Source: Sarea resinae (taxonomy: Eukaryota). From it: a stretch of DNA of 53,175 bases. Shown here in pieces: positions 22,952 to 35,719 of the stretch (within the stretch, counting starts at the first letter, position 1; the number at the start of each line of letters is the position of its first letter). The position numbers and the translations under genes were made by a program. The stretch spans positions 1-53,175 of the forward strand of contig JAPEUD010000107.1 of assembly GCA_026026165.1 (NCBI GenBank). The letters run 5' to 3'. Under the pieces are notes generated by a model. It saw only the letters and a list, made by a program, of their open reading frames with translations, was not told the origin of the DNA and did not search any database.

Positions 22952-24593
22952 ATGCCGGAGTTCGAAATAGCGATCGTAGGAGCCGGTATTGTTGGCCTTG
23001 GAGCGGCGATCGGTCTCGCTAGGAAGGGACACAAAGTTTGGGTGCGTGGATGACTTGGACGGACGAGAATCTGCTGGCACTGGGAGAATCATTGACTCCT
23101 CGACTTTCTCTCAGGTCGTCGAGTCCACGCCAACACTCCAGGTGGTTGGCGATGGCATTGCCGTCGCTGCCAACAGCCAGCGGGTGCTCAAGAGTTACGG
23201 CATCCTCGACGAATTCTATCTGAGAGCAAAGAAGAATGTCGGCATCATGCGGCACCGCCGCTACAGTACAGGAGAGGTCATTTCGACCCGTGATATGACC
23301 AGCCAAGAGAAGCAATATGGCTATGCGTGAGTCAATCAGTCATGAGCCGAGTCCAAACAGTCGAGGAGACAGACATAAGCGTGGACTTACTGTGAGTGTG
23401 TCACCATCATTAGCTCTTACATCCTCTCCCGCCACGGCTATCAGCGATTTCTATTCGAGGAAGCAGAGAAGCGTGGTGTTCAGTTTCGATTCAACAGCCG
23501 TGCGGAGACAATCAAGGACGACCCAGCTCGGCCAGCCTTAGTTCTGGAAGGTGGCGAAAAGATTGAAGCAGATATCATTGTCGGTGCTGATGGTCAGTAT
23601 TCCGATCGTCGCTTTTCGTCAGGGGTGAGGGTTCACTTATGACTAGGAGTAAAATCCGCTGTAAGGAATGCCATGTATCCAGATATCAACGTCGACAGCA
23701 ACACCAATTGTTATCGAGCCGCCATCAGCCTCCAAGCTCTCAAGGCTGACCCTGAAATTGCTCCACTCCTCGACGCTCTTGACTTCTGGATGGGACCCCA
23801 GCATCTCGTGATCTCTGGTCCATCGAGCGATAATGATCAATACAGCATAGCTCTGTATCACCCCAGCAGCACGGGGACTGCAGGAGATTGGAAGAAAGCG
23901 GGAGACGTGGCCCACATGCGGGAGACTTTCAAGGACTTTGCTCCAGCGCTCCGAAAAGTCCTCGATCTCGTCGACGGGAGTCTCGTCTGGAAGGTCGTTG
24001 AAGTTCCCCCTCTCCCTTCGTGGATCAGCAAGGGGGGAAACATTGTGATCATCGGCGATGCCGCGCATGCCATGACGCCTTACCAAGGACAGGTGCGTCA
24101 TACGGACAAGATAGCTCCCAAATACTAATATTGTTAGGGCGCTGCTATGGGAATCGAGGACGGTGCGGCGCTGGCCGAAACTCTCAGCCGTGCAAAAGAT
24201 GTTGCCGACATCAAACGCGTCTTACAGGCCTTTGAGAGCATCCGCAAGCCGCGGGCCGAGCTGCTCACGAGCGCATCCTCGATGTTGGGAAAGATGTGGC
24301 AGATGCCCGACGGGGAGGCGCAGAAGCAACGCGATGAAAGGATGCGAGCCATGCCCATATGGGATGCGGCCAACTGGGACGGCAGCCACATCGATGACGT
24401 TCCGAGCTCGATTCGAGATCCCAAGTACCAGACGTGGGTCATGGGTCATGACACCGTCTCATTCGTAAGTGCCCTTGCCTCTCGGCTTGCTATTTCGTTG
24501 TGCTGTTCCCATGCAATAGAGTTCGAGTTCTGATGTGAAAGCTCGCTCTTATAGACGAATCGCCAGCTTGATCGGCTGTTAGCTCAGGATTAG
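22952..24593 (+). CDS. FAD-dependent monooxygenase (salicylate hydroxylase-like, group A)
   Basis: IAIVGAGIVGL (GxGxxG), IIVGADG, IIGDAAHAMTPYQGQGAAMGIEDG. About 5 canonical introns; stop TAG 24591-24593. Confidence 0.9.
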
Positions 24594-24974
24594 AAGGGCA
24601 TGACTTGGTGGACAAGGAAGGCAGACGCTTGAAAAGCTTTGTGCAATATCAGGTTCTTGCTTTTTCATATTTACCCGAATAGACCCATGGACCTTGTTCA
24701 ATAAATGCGTATAAACCCTGCATGGGGGCCTCAAAAGTCCCCACTCATTTATAGAGCACAATGTGAATATCAGCAACACCATGGAGAAAACAGAATATAA
24801 AACAATGAAGAAGAGAACCTCCATGATTGCAATTCTTTCTCGTATATTGAAGTTGCTATAGTCTTTCGGGTCGTCTGTTTAGACAGGGCCAGCATGATTC
24901 AGAAAAAAGGTGCTACAGTTCTCTATAGTATTATTCTATCTAGTAATTATCTAGATTTTTCCGGCCATGCATAT

Positions 24975-26789
24975 CTAATCATTAGTAGTTGCATCGTCTT
25001 CAGGCGTCCCATCTCTACACGCCCATCGATCTATAAATCTCAACGTTTCTCGACTCCACAGTCTATTTATGATGAAAAGCCTCAAGGGCACGAGAGCAAC
25101 GATGATTATCGGGAACGCCGGCGCCGCGGCCGTTAGCGTGATAGCGAAGATGCCGGCCGTGATAGCCACCTGTGCGACGGTGTAGAGGTGGATACTCCAG
25201 TAGCTCCAGATGGTTTCCGGCAGCAGAGGGAGCTCAGATGGTGGAGTCAAGAGATCGAGGATTCGGTACAAGAGTGGACTGTAATAGGGAATGAACTATT
25301 AGGCAGGAACTTTGTAGCTTGAGGGTTAGCTTACTTGACACTGAGACTCTGCTCGCCCATGAACAAAAACAATCCCGCTAGCACACTCGTCGGCGTCAAT
25401 CCAAGGACATGCATCAAGGGTGGACTGATAAACGCGAGGATACCACCCGCATGTAGGAAATGGCTCCATCTTTGCTCGTACACACGTTCGATGGTAGTAG
25501 TTTCCTCGCCCTCATCCTCGCCCTCATGCCCACTCTCGGCCTTCTCAACGGCATTGGGATTCCCTATCACTGGGCCGGTGACTTGGACCTTATGCATCAA
25601 GCTTTCGGAATGCAGAGGCGCTTGCGGCAAAAGGCCATTAGCGGGCGGGATACCGAGGATACCGCACATTGCGGTAGTAGTACCGAGAAGGACAATATCC
25701 CAGGCAAACCCGCTGGGCTTGCTCGTGCCGTAGCGCTTGTCGGTGCAGATAATACTGCTCACCTCATGATCGAAGAAGAAGAGCACGGTGATGATCAAAC
25801 CCGGGATCAGGGCGGCGAACACCCAGGTGACAGGCAGATGCCAAAATTGCACGAAGAAAACGGAGCGGTCCGGGGAAGAAGGTCGAAACGACTTGCTGAC
25901 TGCAAGAAACTGCTGATCTAATGTCTCGAGTCGTCCTGCATGTGAGATGCCAACAAGAGTGATAATGCTAATAGCGGCGGCGTATTCGCGCAAGCCCATG
26001 CGCACGTAGCGATGGAAGATAGGCCGCCAGATCTCAGCCGTCGACAGGAGGACGGCCAGAAATAAAGTACCGGTGGTACTGATGATAGAGTACAAAAAGG
26101 ATGCGAAGGAAGTCGAGTCGTAGGCGCGTTGCAGGACTTGGATGGCTTTGTGCACGTAAATGACACTGTTGAGGAGCGAGAATATCTCTGTACTGAAAGT
26201 TGTCACGTATCGCATAGTCCAGTCATGTGCGTTGAAGATGGCAAGTAGATAATGCATCCACGCGGAATGGATCAGGGACCAAGCCATGAAAGGGAGGAAA
26301 GGTATCTTGTCAAGGATTAGTTGAGGGCTCGGCTGACGATTACAGTGGCTTACATGAAAGGAGTTCATGCAAAGAGAATATATCTTTTCTGCAAGAATCG
26401 AAAAGGGGCCAGTCACCCCTAAAATAGTAAGGGGTTGGGCGGAGAACCTATGTCGATCTCGTTCGTCAGTTTTTTCTATAGGCCCACGTTCTGTCTCTAT
26501 CATACAAGGAGAAGATAATCCCACAGAGCCCTGTACTGAAGACCACCTCGATGGTGCCCCATTGCTTCCCCGTCGCGACATCCAGATCACTGGCAAATGT
26601 GATCCCTGGCAAGAGATTAGTGCAGAAGACAAATACGGCGCTGGCTAGAATGAGTTGATTAAAGACGGTCCAGTCAGACGCGTAGCGCTTCAGGATATTG
26701 CGGATATCACTGCGTAAGAGGCGGAATGGCTCAAGGGAGCCATCGGGTCGGAATGCCGAGAAATTGATCGCCGATAATCTGAACTTCAT
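24975..26789 (-). CDS. BOR1: HCO3-/borate transporter (SLC4/BOR1 family)
   Basis: Motifs RYASDW, TNLLPGITFASD, FSAQPLTILGVTGP, FFFDHEVS, PPANGLLPQAPLH, VYEQRWSH, VLAGLFLFMG, AFPIII. Three introns inferred. Confidence 0.9.
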
Positions 26790-27599
26790 CTTGTCCACTC
26801 AGCGCTCACTTGCTGATATCAGTGCCCTATGCCCTCGAAGGCTTTTGCCATTGCTCGAGATATCAAACTCTTATCGATTGTAGTGGGGTCACCCCATGCG
26901 TTGAGATCCAATACGTCATTGGTGGGGTTTTTGCGACGTTTTCGCGATGCCAAGTGTTGCCAAGGGTCCATCTGAACATTTTGACGCGCAAAGGTACTCC
27001 GGAGGAGTCGACAGTCGACATGACTAAGCTCGATTCCAACGAGAGCAGAAGATTAGGTTGACAGCGTCTAGGATATCAAAGAAAACAGCTGGGTAGGTGG
27101 TATCCTAATAGAAGACTACATATACTAAGACACTCAGCTATCTCTTATCGTTCTAGAGTCTCTAAATATATCAATAGACGATCCCACCGATGTTTTTCGA
27201 ACGTCCTTCGGTCGGGCAGTACAAAGTAATACTGGCCATGTCTGCACCGTGCTAGCTAGCACATGGCGAAAGGCCAAGGCAGAGGCTGGCAGGCTATGAA
27301 CCATAGAACTAGAGTTTCGGGGCACATGGGTAACGGTACGGTGGAGTAGAATTCTCGGGCTCTTACTTCTCAGATCAGCTGAAGTGAAATTTCTGGATCC
27401 TCATCACAGATTGCAAGCATTGACACGGTACATAAAATCAAATGAGTCGCTCCTCAGATGTGATGCTTGAAGCTGGCCAATCTTGGTGACGAATCCATTA
27501 CCAGCGAAACGAAACAGTTGGCAGCGAATCAGGGGCCTTCTCAGAGTATTCTCATAACATGGCTCTGCCAAGTACTTCCCAGCGCCCAAATTCATTGCA

Positions 27600-28400
27600 A
27601 TATCTTACCACCAGGAGTTCCTTGGAGTAAGCTTTGGCGTTGTAGTAAAGTCCTAGTACTCCGCATACCACATGTATAGTTCCAATCTAGAGACCCCGAG
27701 ATATGGCCCTTGTCATCCAAGATGTTGTGCCGGTTTAAGTCGCCAGGCATAAATACTATTTGATGAGGTCTGGACTGCATCTATTCAGAGCGAGTAAGAG
27801 CTTCCTGATATTCGAGCTTTGAATCGAAGCCAACAGCCCTCGAGAAAGCTATCAGGTAGTCGTTGAGCTGTTTTTCGGATTCGAACGGGCCAGCAATTCG
27901 TCTAGGACCGCGAATAGTTCAGATCGTGGTCCCGGATATCGAGCGATCGCGATCGCCACCCCATGTTTCAACTCTGCTAAAGCCGTCTCTTGCCCTTCAC
28001 TCAGGAGTGTCTCAACAATTCGGCCCAGCTCTCGACCAGACAGACAGGTCATAAGGATCAGGACAGGAGCGTTTGGAGGTTCCCGATATTCGTTATAGCA
28101 GAGGACCTTGGGTGCTGGGAATCCTGCAGCTCGAGCGTACTTTAAACGTATGTGGCCAAAAGCTCGTCTAGTCGTATCTTGTCTGACCATTTGAGTAGGA
28201 GCCTAAACAGGAGGGAAACGACTTGATTGTCGAAATCGATCCCGGACCAGTCGTAGCATCTAACAGAGAACTCTTTTAGCCATGCGTAATCAATGCCCCA
28301 TAAGCGACGAATGACGGGATGATATAGCCGAGGAGTAGGTAAAGTATTGGGGGCACATGACGGTGCGACATGACATGGCCAGTTGAAGTTGAGCATAAAG
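27600..28400 (-). pseudogene. Aminoglycoside-phosphotransferase/choline-kinase-like protein, frameshifted
   Basis: Fragments LLLKWSDKIRLDE, RAAGFPAPKVLCY..VLILMTCLSGRELG and IVFMPGDLNRHNIL..GHISGSLDW lie in different frames. The catalytic-loop HGD is degraded to PGD. Confidence 0.7.
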
Positions 28401-30209
28401 ATGCGCGTTACCGAACTTCACCACATCCTCGAAATGTTGCTACCGAAATTCCTGATAAGTTGGTTCACTGGAGCAAATATTAGTGAATCCAATGCATCCC
28501 AGCACGGGTAAGTTTGGCAAAGGTAAGGCACGTACCCGGAAGAAACGGTGCGCCATGCTACCTCTCCACCACATCCACCAATAGCTTGCCATGTATATCT
28601 AATGACAAAAGATATCTTGGACCGGATCACGAGTCGCGCAACCTTCAGGTAGTTGGGGAATCGAATGAGTTGCGAAGGTGAATTGAGAAGTGAACTGACG
28701 ATGAAGCGTTGGGTGCGTAGCAATTTCGTGCCGTTATCGATACTGTAATGTTCTTGATGACTAAGGCTGTACACATAGTACGCTATGCGGTATCAACCTG
28801 AACCCCTCGAAACTCCCGAGTGTCTCACTCGGAGATGAATCAGGGTCCGTAGGGAACTACGAGAAGTCAAACTACCTTACTCTGACGAAGGGAAGAGGGA
28901 GAATCGATTACTCCATCTCGGAGGAAAATACGGCGTATGCGAAGGAGTCCATAGCTGGGTTTCAAAGCTCTCATCAAACGCTATGATTGTTCTCCGCTCT
29001 GTTCCTGTAATTCCACATTCCACCCCGCAACGCCCAGTGTTCGATCTCATAGCCGAAGGGAGGCGCTCAGTGGCGCTGCAAGGTCCCGCTGCCTCCATAC
29101 GGCGAAGTAACGTAACGGTAACTCTGTTCTGACAGGACGGATGGCGCACGTCGCTCGCTCAGATTATTGCGAATAAATGCCGTGATCATGCTGACAGAGG
29201 ATCAGGCAATGCTGTCGTGATTTCTATGAATCAAAAGTAATCAAATTGACCGTATCACTTTGATGTCGTATCAGCGGTGTTGGCGACGCAGCGTAGTTGT
29301 AGTAGGAAGGAGGAAGCGTTCCTGAGTGATTGTGGGAGAGAAAGATCGACAACCCCCACAGTTGCGGGCGAATGCACGGATCAGTAAGAGGGCTTCCGGA
29401 AATCAAATCTTCTTGACAGCGGGAAATCCAGATTTCCCATGTTGATGCTTTGGATCGAAAGATTGAATGGTCAGAAGTGCCGACGCTGGGGCGGCTGCTC
29501 GCCCGTATCTGCTTGCTTCATCAGGAAGTTGAGCTCTGTATCGAACTCCGAGTAGCTAAGGTACGATACGGCAAGTAAAGTAAAGACATGTCTTTTTCGG
29601 CATAGTCGGTGGCGTAAAAGCTTGTTCTTTATGGGCCTGGACTTAAATAGCTTAGCAGAGGAACGGTCGGAAAAGTAGTGCAATCAGTAGGAGGTAAGAT
29701 AGGTACCTTGGTCGGAGAGGGTGGCCATGATCACGGAGAGGGTGATTCTTGGCATCGTTCGGCGAAAGACTACCATAGTAGGCCTGGAGAATAATACGTA
29801 GTAGATGCTAGGGACCTGCAATGCTCAGAATCTCCTCCCTCTCTCAACACCATGCCTCGGCCGTGATCCTATCGATTTATCCCGTCATCTAGCCCAGCGG
29901 CTACGGCATCGCCAGCACCAACACATGGGCCCCAATGACAATCGCTTGTGACGACTTCTTGTGATGACTGCTTGTGACTGAATATTACCTTCCCATTCTG
30001 GAAGTTATCTACCCATCCATGGATACCTTAGGCTGGATGCTTGCTGTACTCGAGTAGTACTCCGTAGCCGAGCCATCAGGTAGCCCTGGGGGTCGCTGAG
30101 AGTCCGGGTCTGGTTTTAAGGTGATGAGTGGCTGATACTCGAGTGCCCAAGCGCGGGTTTCGGACCATCGAATGGCGCGATGATTCCTGCAATGGCGTCG
30201 CGGGCCGCC

Positions 30210-30252
30210 CCCAGCACCCAGCACCCAGCACCCAGCTCCCAGCTCCCAGCAC
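30210..30252 (+). repeat. 7-bp tandem repeat (CCCAGCA/CCCAGCT) x6
   Basis: Direct reading. Confidence 0.8.
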
Positions 30253-31363
30253 CGCCCCACTGCAAGCCCGCCGTCGTATCTACTCGTACTCCCACTATCG
30301 ACCCTGACAATGGTTTAAGCTCACGCTCTGTCTGGCAGCCAGCCGATATGCGTGCCCCCCCCCCCCCCCATACTCACGAGTACACCACCCCCCTCACGAT
30401 TGCCTGCCTCGAACGGTCTTCTTGGATTAGCAATGGTCAAGCATGAGCTTCGTCAGTGGCTGACTGACTGCTTGGATGGCTTCATGGCTTGCACGCCTGC
30501 AAGGCTTCCCCCGCTCGGGCATTCAGGCACGAAGAAGGTCCTTTGGGGACCCTGTTGGCTGAGCACCCCGCACCATGAATATCCGGACTAACCAATGCCA
30601 ACATTCATTCCATCAGCGCTTGCCTAGCCCTTCAGAGCTTCAGGTACACGGCAAATGCTCTTTCAAGAAGCTACTATAATACCTCTGCTATCGTTATCGT
30701 TGATCGCCGAGTCAAACCGGTCCAACAGCCCTAGACTACGGCTCTCGGACGTTGACACTTTCCTCCGTTCGACGGTAGTTGCTCGAATCCACCACTAGAG
30801 AGACCCTGCAATATGATTAACATGCAGAGTGCTCGATAGGCGTGATCTAGGTTTTAGCGCACATCTCTGCCACCTTCCCCTTCAGCGCATGGCCGCTCGT
30901 TGCCTTGACGCGACCACATGCTCCCTCATACTCTGGGTAGCTTACTCTCGAGAATCATGTTGCGGATCGTCCGGCGTCGACAGTACCATGGAATACGAGT
31001 TCTAGAAGGACAACCCCAAAGCAGGAACAGCAGCTGATGTGACCATAATACAGGTAATAAGACATGGACATCCATGCTGTTCATGGGTCGATATGCTTTT
31101 GTCTGATGGCATGGGCGTTGCAACATGGAAACCCTGGCCGTCTGAAGACGATAAGGGAGAAAGACGGAATGTTCGTGATAGGGAGCTGATTAGTTTACAG
31201 TGTGATTGTTGTCTGCCTTCCGTCTATAAATGAGGCCTGATCCGTCGGTGAGATTCGATTCTCCAAGCTGCAAGCCACGAGCCTCACATCAAAAGCCTTC
31301 AAGCACCAGCTCAAAAGATTCCCTAGCCATCTCAAGCTCATCTCGACGTTCGACTTATTCATC

Positions 31364-32188
31364 ATGAAGCTCACCGCCGTTCTCCTCAGCAACTTGCTGT
31401 TTGCCTCGAGCATCTTGGCCGCTCCTTCGGGATCACGCCTTGCCGATCGTGTTGCTCGCAGAGCTGCCCGCAACCGTTCCACCCATCCCTTGATCCCCGC
31501 CTCTGGTCCCAAGACTGACGGTGGTAACAACGCTTCCCAAATTTCCTACAGCTCCAACTGGGCTGGCGCCGTCTACACCTCCCCCCCGTCCGGCCAAACC
31601 TTCAATGGTGTTTCCGGTTCCTTCAATGTCCCCAGCCCGAAAGCGGGCTCCGGATCCGAGTCTTCCTGGTCCTCCTCCGCCTGGGTTGGCATCGACGGTG
31701 ATACTTATGGCGATGCCATCTTGCAGTCTGGTGTCGACTTTACCGTCGACTCCAGCGGAGACGTCTCCTACGATGCTTGGTATGAGTGGTACCCCGATGG
31801 TGCCTACGACTTCGACGGCATCTCTTTCTCCGCCGGAGACGAGGTTAGCGTCACCATCACTGCCTCCAGCTCCAGCGCGGGCAAGGTCGTCTTGGAGAAC
31901 ACCAGCACGGGTACTACCGTTACGAAGTCACTGACCGCTCCTTCCTCCTCCAACGACCTTGGCGGCCAGAATGCTGAGTGGATCGTCGAGGACTACGATG
32001 AGAACGGCAGCGCCGTCCCGCTCGCCAACTTCGGTACCGTCACCTTCACCGACTGCAAGGCCACCACCTCGGAGCAGACCCTCGATGCCAGCGGTGCCGG
32101 GATCATCGAAATGGAAGACTCCAACGGCAACGTCATCACCGATGTCTCCATCCCCAGCGACTCCGAGGTCAAGGTCACCTACGTCTAA
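31364..32188 (+). CDS. Secreted glutamic peptidase, family G1 (aspergillopepsin II/scytalidoglutamic peptidase-like)
   Basis: Signal peptide and basic propeptide, then SSNWAG, SAWVGIDG, ILQSGVD (catalytic Q), AWYEWYP and NAEWIVED (catalytic E). Intronless, 274 aa. Confidence 0.96.
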   Translation: MKLTAVLLSNLLFASSILAAPSGSRLADRVARRAARNRSTHPLIPASGPKTDGGNNASQISYSSNWAGAVYTSPPSGQTFNGVSGSFNVPSPKAGSGSESSWSSSAWVGIDGDTYGDAILQSGVDFTVDSSGDVSYDAWYEWYPDGAYDFDGISFSAGDEVSVTITASSSSAGKVVLENTSTGTTVTKSLTAPSSSNDLGGQNAEWIVEDYDENGSAVPLANFGTVTFTDCKATTSEQTLDASGAGIIEMEDSNGNVITDVSIPSDSEVKVTYV

Positions 32189-33340
32189 ATGGGCGACGAG
32201 TCTGGTGCTTGAGAGGCAGCTTGGGGGGGGGGATGGCTCGATCAGCCCGCTTGTCTCTCGGAAGGGGTCGGCTGGATACTTGCCGACTCGCTCGGTGGGC
32301 TGGTTCCTCCTTACTCTTACAAGACAAATTGAACGATACGAAATTAGCTAGAGAATCTACTCAATCCTTCTTCCACGATTCGCGTGCTCATGCTCATATG
32401 TGATGTTTGATGATCGATATATATGCATGGTACCTAGGTGACTGTAGAGCTGTGGACCAGATCGGAACATCAAGGAAGATGGAAGGTGATCTAATCTGAT
32501 CGGGTCGGTTACCTACTACGTACCTAGCCTAGGAGGTACCTACCAGTATGCAGTCTACGGGTGTTGCCGCATGCCCGCGGAAGACGGCCATGCCCGCCGC
32601 CTCAGCCTCCCTCACCATATCAAATCACCAAGAGGAGGCTTGAACTACAGACGCATCATCCATGCTCTACTACTGAAGTACTCCTCCGGCAAGCAGGTGA
32701 GGCTGTCAACGGCTACGACGTACGGCGACGGCGCCACCCAGTCACGGTGGCAGCGCTGCCAGCTGGAGCTCCACTGAAGCCAACGGCCAAGGTCGTCGAC
32801 ACTCGCGTCTCTCCCCACTTTTCGAGCCAGCCATTCGTCTAAATGCCCCCAATGATTCGCCCCAAATGTCACGCGAATCAACGACGCTTTCTGCAAGTGG
32901 CATGGCCCTGACGGATTCCACGGATAGAACCTGGAGGACAGGGGCTACAGAACCTCAAGGATGGTGTTTTTAATATATCTCGATAGCACGAATGACCCAC
33001 GATTAGGACGAGGTTGATAGACAAATACGATAGCAGCACCACAGAACTTGTTCGCCATCTTCGACGTCCATTGCCGCTTCAACTCCGCCGTCAAGGAGCC
33101 TCGTTGAAGTCGAGAAGCATGGGGCATTCGCCATGTCAGATTCTTGGCTGAAGAGGCGGCTCGGCGCGGCCCCGCACCACGAGCCGGCCCATGTTTAGCT
33201 GATCACGACCGTCAAGGCTATCAAGACCCTCTCTGTCTCCTCAGCAAAAAAGTCCCTGTTTCTCTCCGCTCCCTAGACAGCTGCCACCTTCGTTCTCACG
33301 CTCTCTCCATCTCTATTGACCCAACCTTTGGCTTCACATC

Positions 33341-34753
33341 ATGGCTGAACTTGCACCGATTGATGTCGTATGTCTTTGCTTCTGTCCTCGACTATCGATG
33401 ACGGCTTGCTGATTGGGCGCAGGATTTGGATACTTCGGAAGAGGATTCATCCTTCGGCGATGGAGGGCAATCGTACGTTGACTCTCAGTCGGAGAATGCC
33501 ATTCCATGATACTAAGAGCAATGCAGCGAAACCACGTCGGTCGCGTCGAGCATCTATCGGGGAATGTGGGAGAATGGGAGAAAGTACGACTGCACCCACT
33601 TTCGTACCAAGACGCAACAATCCTGACCGCCGCAGGTATCAAACCTTGAGACGCGACGAATACTGGTCTGTTGCTCGATCGACTGTCGATATGCTCGTGC
33701 TCATCCATCCAGGGGACCTTCGGACGAAAAGCAGTTTGAGACAATGGAGCTCAGCCATCTTCTATACATGATCATCGATAGCGAGGAAAAGAACGTATTG
33801 TTCCGTGCTCCTATCGGAGACGATCCGCAAGTATGATCCTCTTCGACCAAGGGGACTCGCATTGAACTTACCAATTCTTTGCTAGAATATTATCGATTTA
33901 GGAACGGGTAAAGCAACCTGGGCCATTGAGACGGCTGACATGTTTCCCTCCGCAACTGTGTATGGCGTTGATCTATATCCGCCGCCCAGCATTTGGGTAC
34001 CTCCGAACTGCAAGCTAGAAGTGGACGACATCTCCAAGGAATGGACCTGGAGCCGCGAATTCGATCTGATCCACCTGCGCATGTTATATGGGGCCTTCAC
34101 GCCGGAGGAATGGGCTGATGTGTACAAGCAATGCTACGAGTATGTGCCGTTGATACCTGCTACTCATCCTAGTCCGCATCTCTCTACCCTCGAACTCAGC
34201 TGCTGACCCAGCACGTCTCCAGTAACCTCATCCCCGGTGGCTGGATCGAGCAAGCCGAGATCTCGGTCGTCGTCGATTGTGATGACGACACTCTCCCCAA
34301 GGACTCGCTCCTCGCGGGCTGGGGCCCCAACTTCCTCGGCTGCGCCGATCGTCTCGGCCGCTCCCTCGACACGTGGAAGATCATGAAAGGCGACATCGAG
34401 AAAGCGGGCTTTGTCGACGTGCACGAGAAAGTGCAGAAGCTGCCCCTGGGCACGTGGCCAAAGGATCCCTTGCTCAAGGACGCTGGTAAGGTCAACAAGG
34501 AACACTGGCTCGCCGGTCTCGAGGGCTGGGCCATGTGGCTGTTGACGCACTATGGGGCGCCGAAACCTTGGTCGTCCGAGGAGGTCCTGGTTTATGTTGC
34601 TAGTGTCCGCAAGGAACTGCTGAATCCGAAGCTTCATATCTATAACTATGGGTGAGTCTGAGTTTTTGCTATTTATCAGCATGTTCGCGGTCACTAACGT
34701 TCACTTTTCGGATTACCAGAAGGAGAGTCTGGGCCCGTAAACCCTTAGACTAA
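33341..34753 (+). CDS. LaeA-like/TAM-type SAM-dependent methyltransferase
   Basis: Spliced motifs ENGRKYQ, YWGPSDEKQFE, IIDLGTGKATWAI, GVDLYPP, FDLIHLR, GTWPKDP, GLEGW, RRVWARKP. Many canonical introns; stop TAA 34751-34753. Confidence 0.9.
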
Positions 34754-35268
34754 TACCAAGCCTTCCTGTCCTGTTTGAGTCAATGCCATCTTTCGTTCCT
34801 CGCATTAATGAGATGATGGCCTCGACGCAGCAACCTATTTCACCACTCATCGGTATATTCCATCTTCTCGCGTTCGTCTTTGTCTTCGTTCTTCGTGCAT
34901 CAGCGGTCCGCATTACAGAATGGTTGCGCTTGTCTTCTGTACCTCATCTGGTCGTTTCGTCCATCTATAGTATTATCCTCGACTCTGCGACATTCCTTCG
35001 TTCGCTTCCAGATTGTCTATACATACTACGCATTAATACTTTTGCCATGTCGGTAGCCCAGTACATGTAGACCGTGCGTACGATATGTTCGAATTACGAA
35101 TTAAGCTGTTCCTCTCCCTATGCACGTCTTTATTCGGCTGCTGCTGCTGCTGCTTCCGCTCGCTCTGTATGTGACCATGGCTTTGTGCTGTGGCTGTATT
35201 GGTGGTGCCGTGTTGTTCTCGTTCTTGCTATCTGCTACCTGACCTTGTTGGCAGAATAACCAGATAGT

Positions 35269-35316
35269 TTAGAAAGAGAGAGAGAGAAAGAGAGAGAGAG
35301 AAAGAGAGAGAGAGAA

Positions 35317-35363
<47 letters not shown>

Positions 35364-35380
35364 AAGAGAGAGAGAAGAGA
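35269..35380 (+). repeat. Compound (GA)n microsatellite with periodic AAA interruptions
   Basis: Units of AAAGAGAGAGAG(AG)n repeated about 7 times. Confidence 0.95.
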
Positions 35381-35719
35381 ATAACATTATCAGCTCATAT
35401 ACAAAGAGGGAGAATCAAATAGACTTGGATAAACAAGGTAACAGTAGTAAATAGTATAGAGTATGCTGCTGTGTAAAGGCGATATACAGTCTGTGATAAG
35501 GCTATGCTGTATAAAGATGATTGATCTTGCTACACTATCCTGTATCCTATAGATCAAGACAAGACAGTTAAACACGAGACAACACAACACCGTCACAGCT
35601 TCCTACGAGGGTAGTAAATCAATATAACCTCATTCCTCTATCCTAGTCCATTTATATTCCCGGGACCTTGGGTAAGCTTGGTACATTGGACGGAGCGGGC
35701 TAGGCTAAGCTAAGCTAAG

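Noticed and set aside
15510..24593. Complete secondary-metabolite gene cluster
   Set aside because: No PKS/NRPS/terpene backbone or cluster transcription factor in the window.
28816..28832. Small hairpin CCGAGTG-TCT-CACTCGG
   Set aside because: Isolated short palindrome with no TSD or recognisable RNA-gene context.
28400..31300. Short ORFs in the long intergenic region
   Set aside because: No recognisable motifs or consistent splice structure.
1..34753. Starship giant transposon carrying the accessory genes
   Set aside because: No DUF3435 captain is recognisable. The YR-like gene is DUF3505-type, points out of the window and is bounded at 3450, so the downstream genes are not its cargo.
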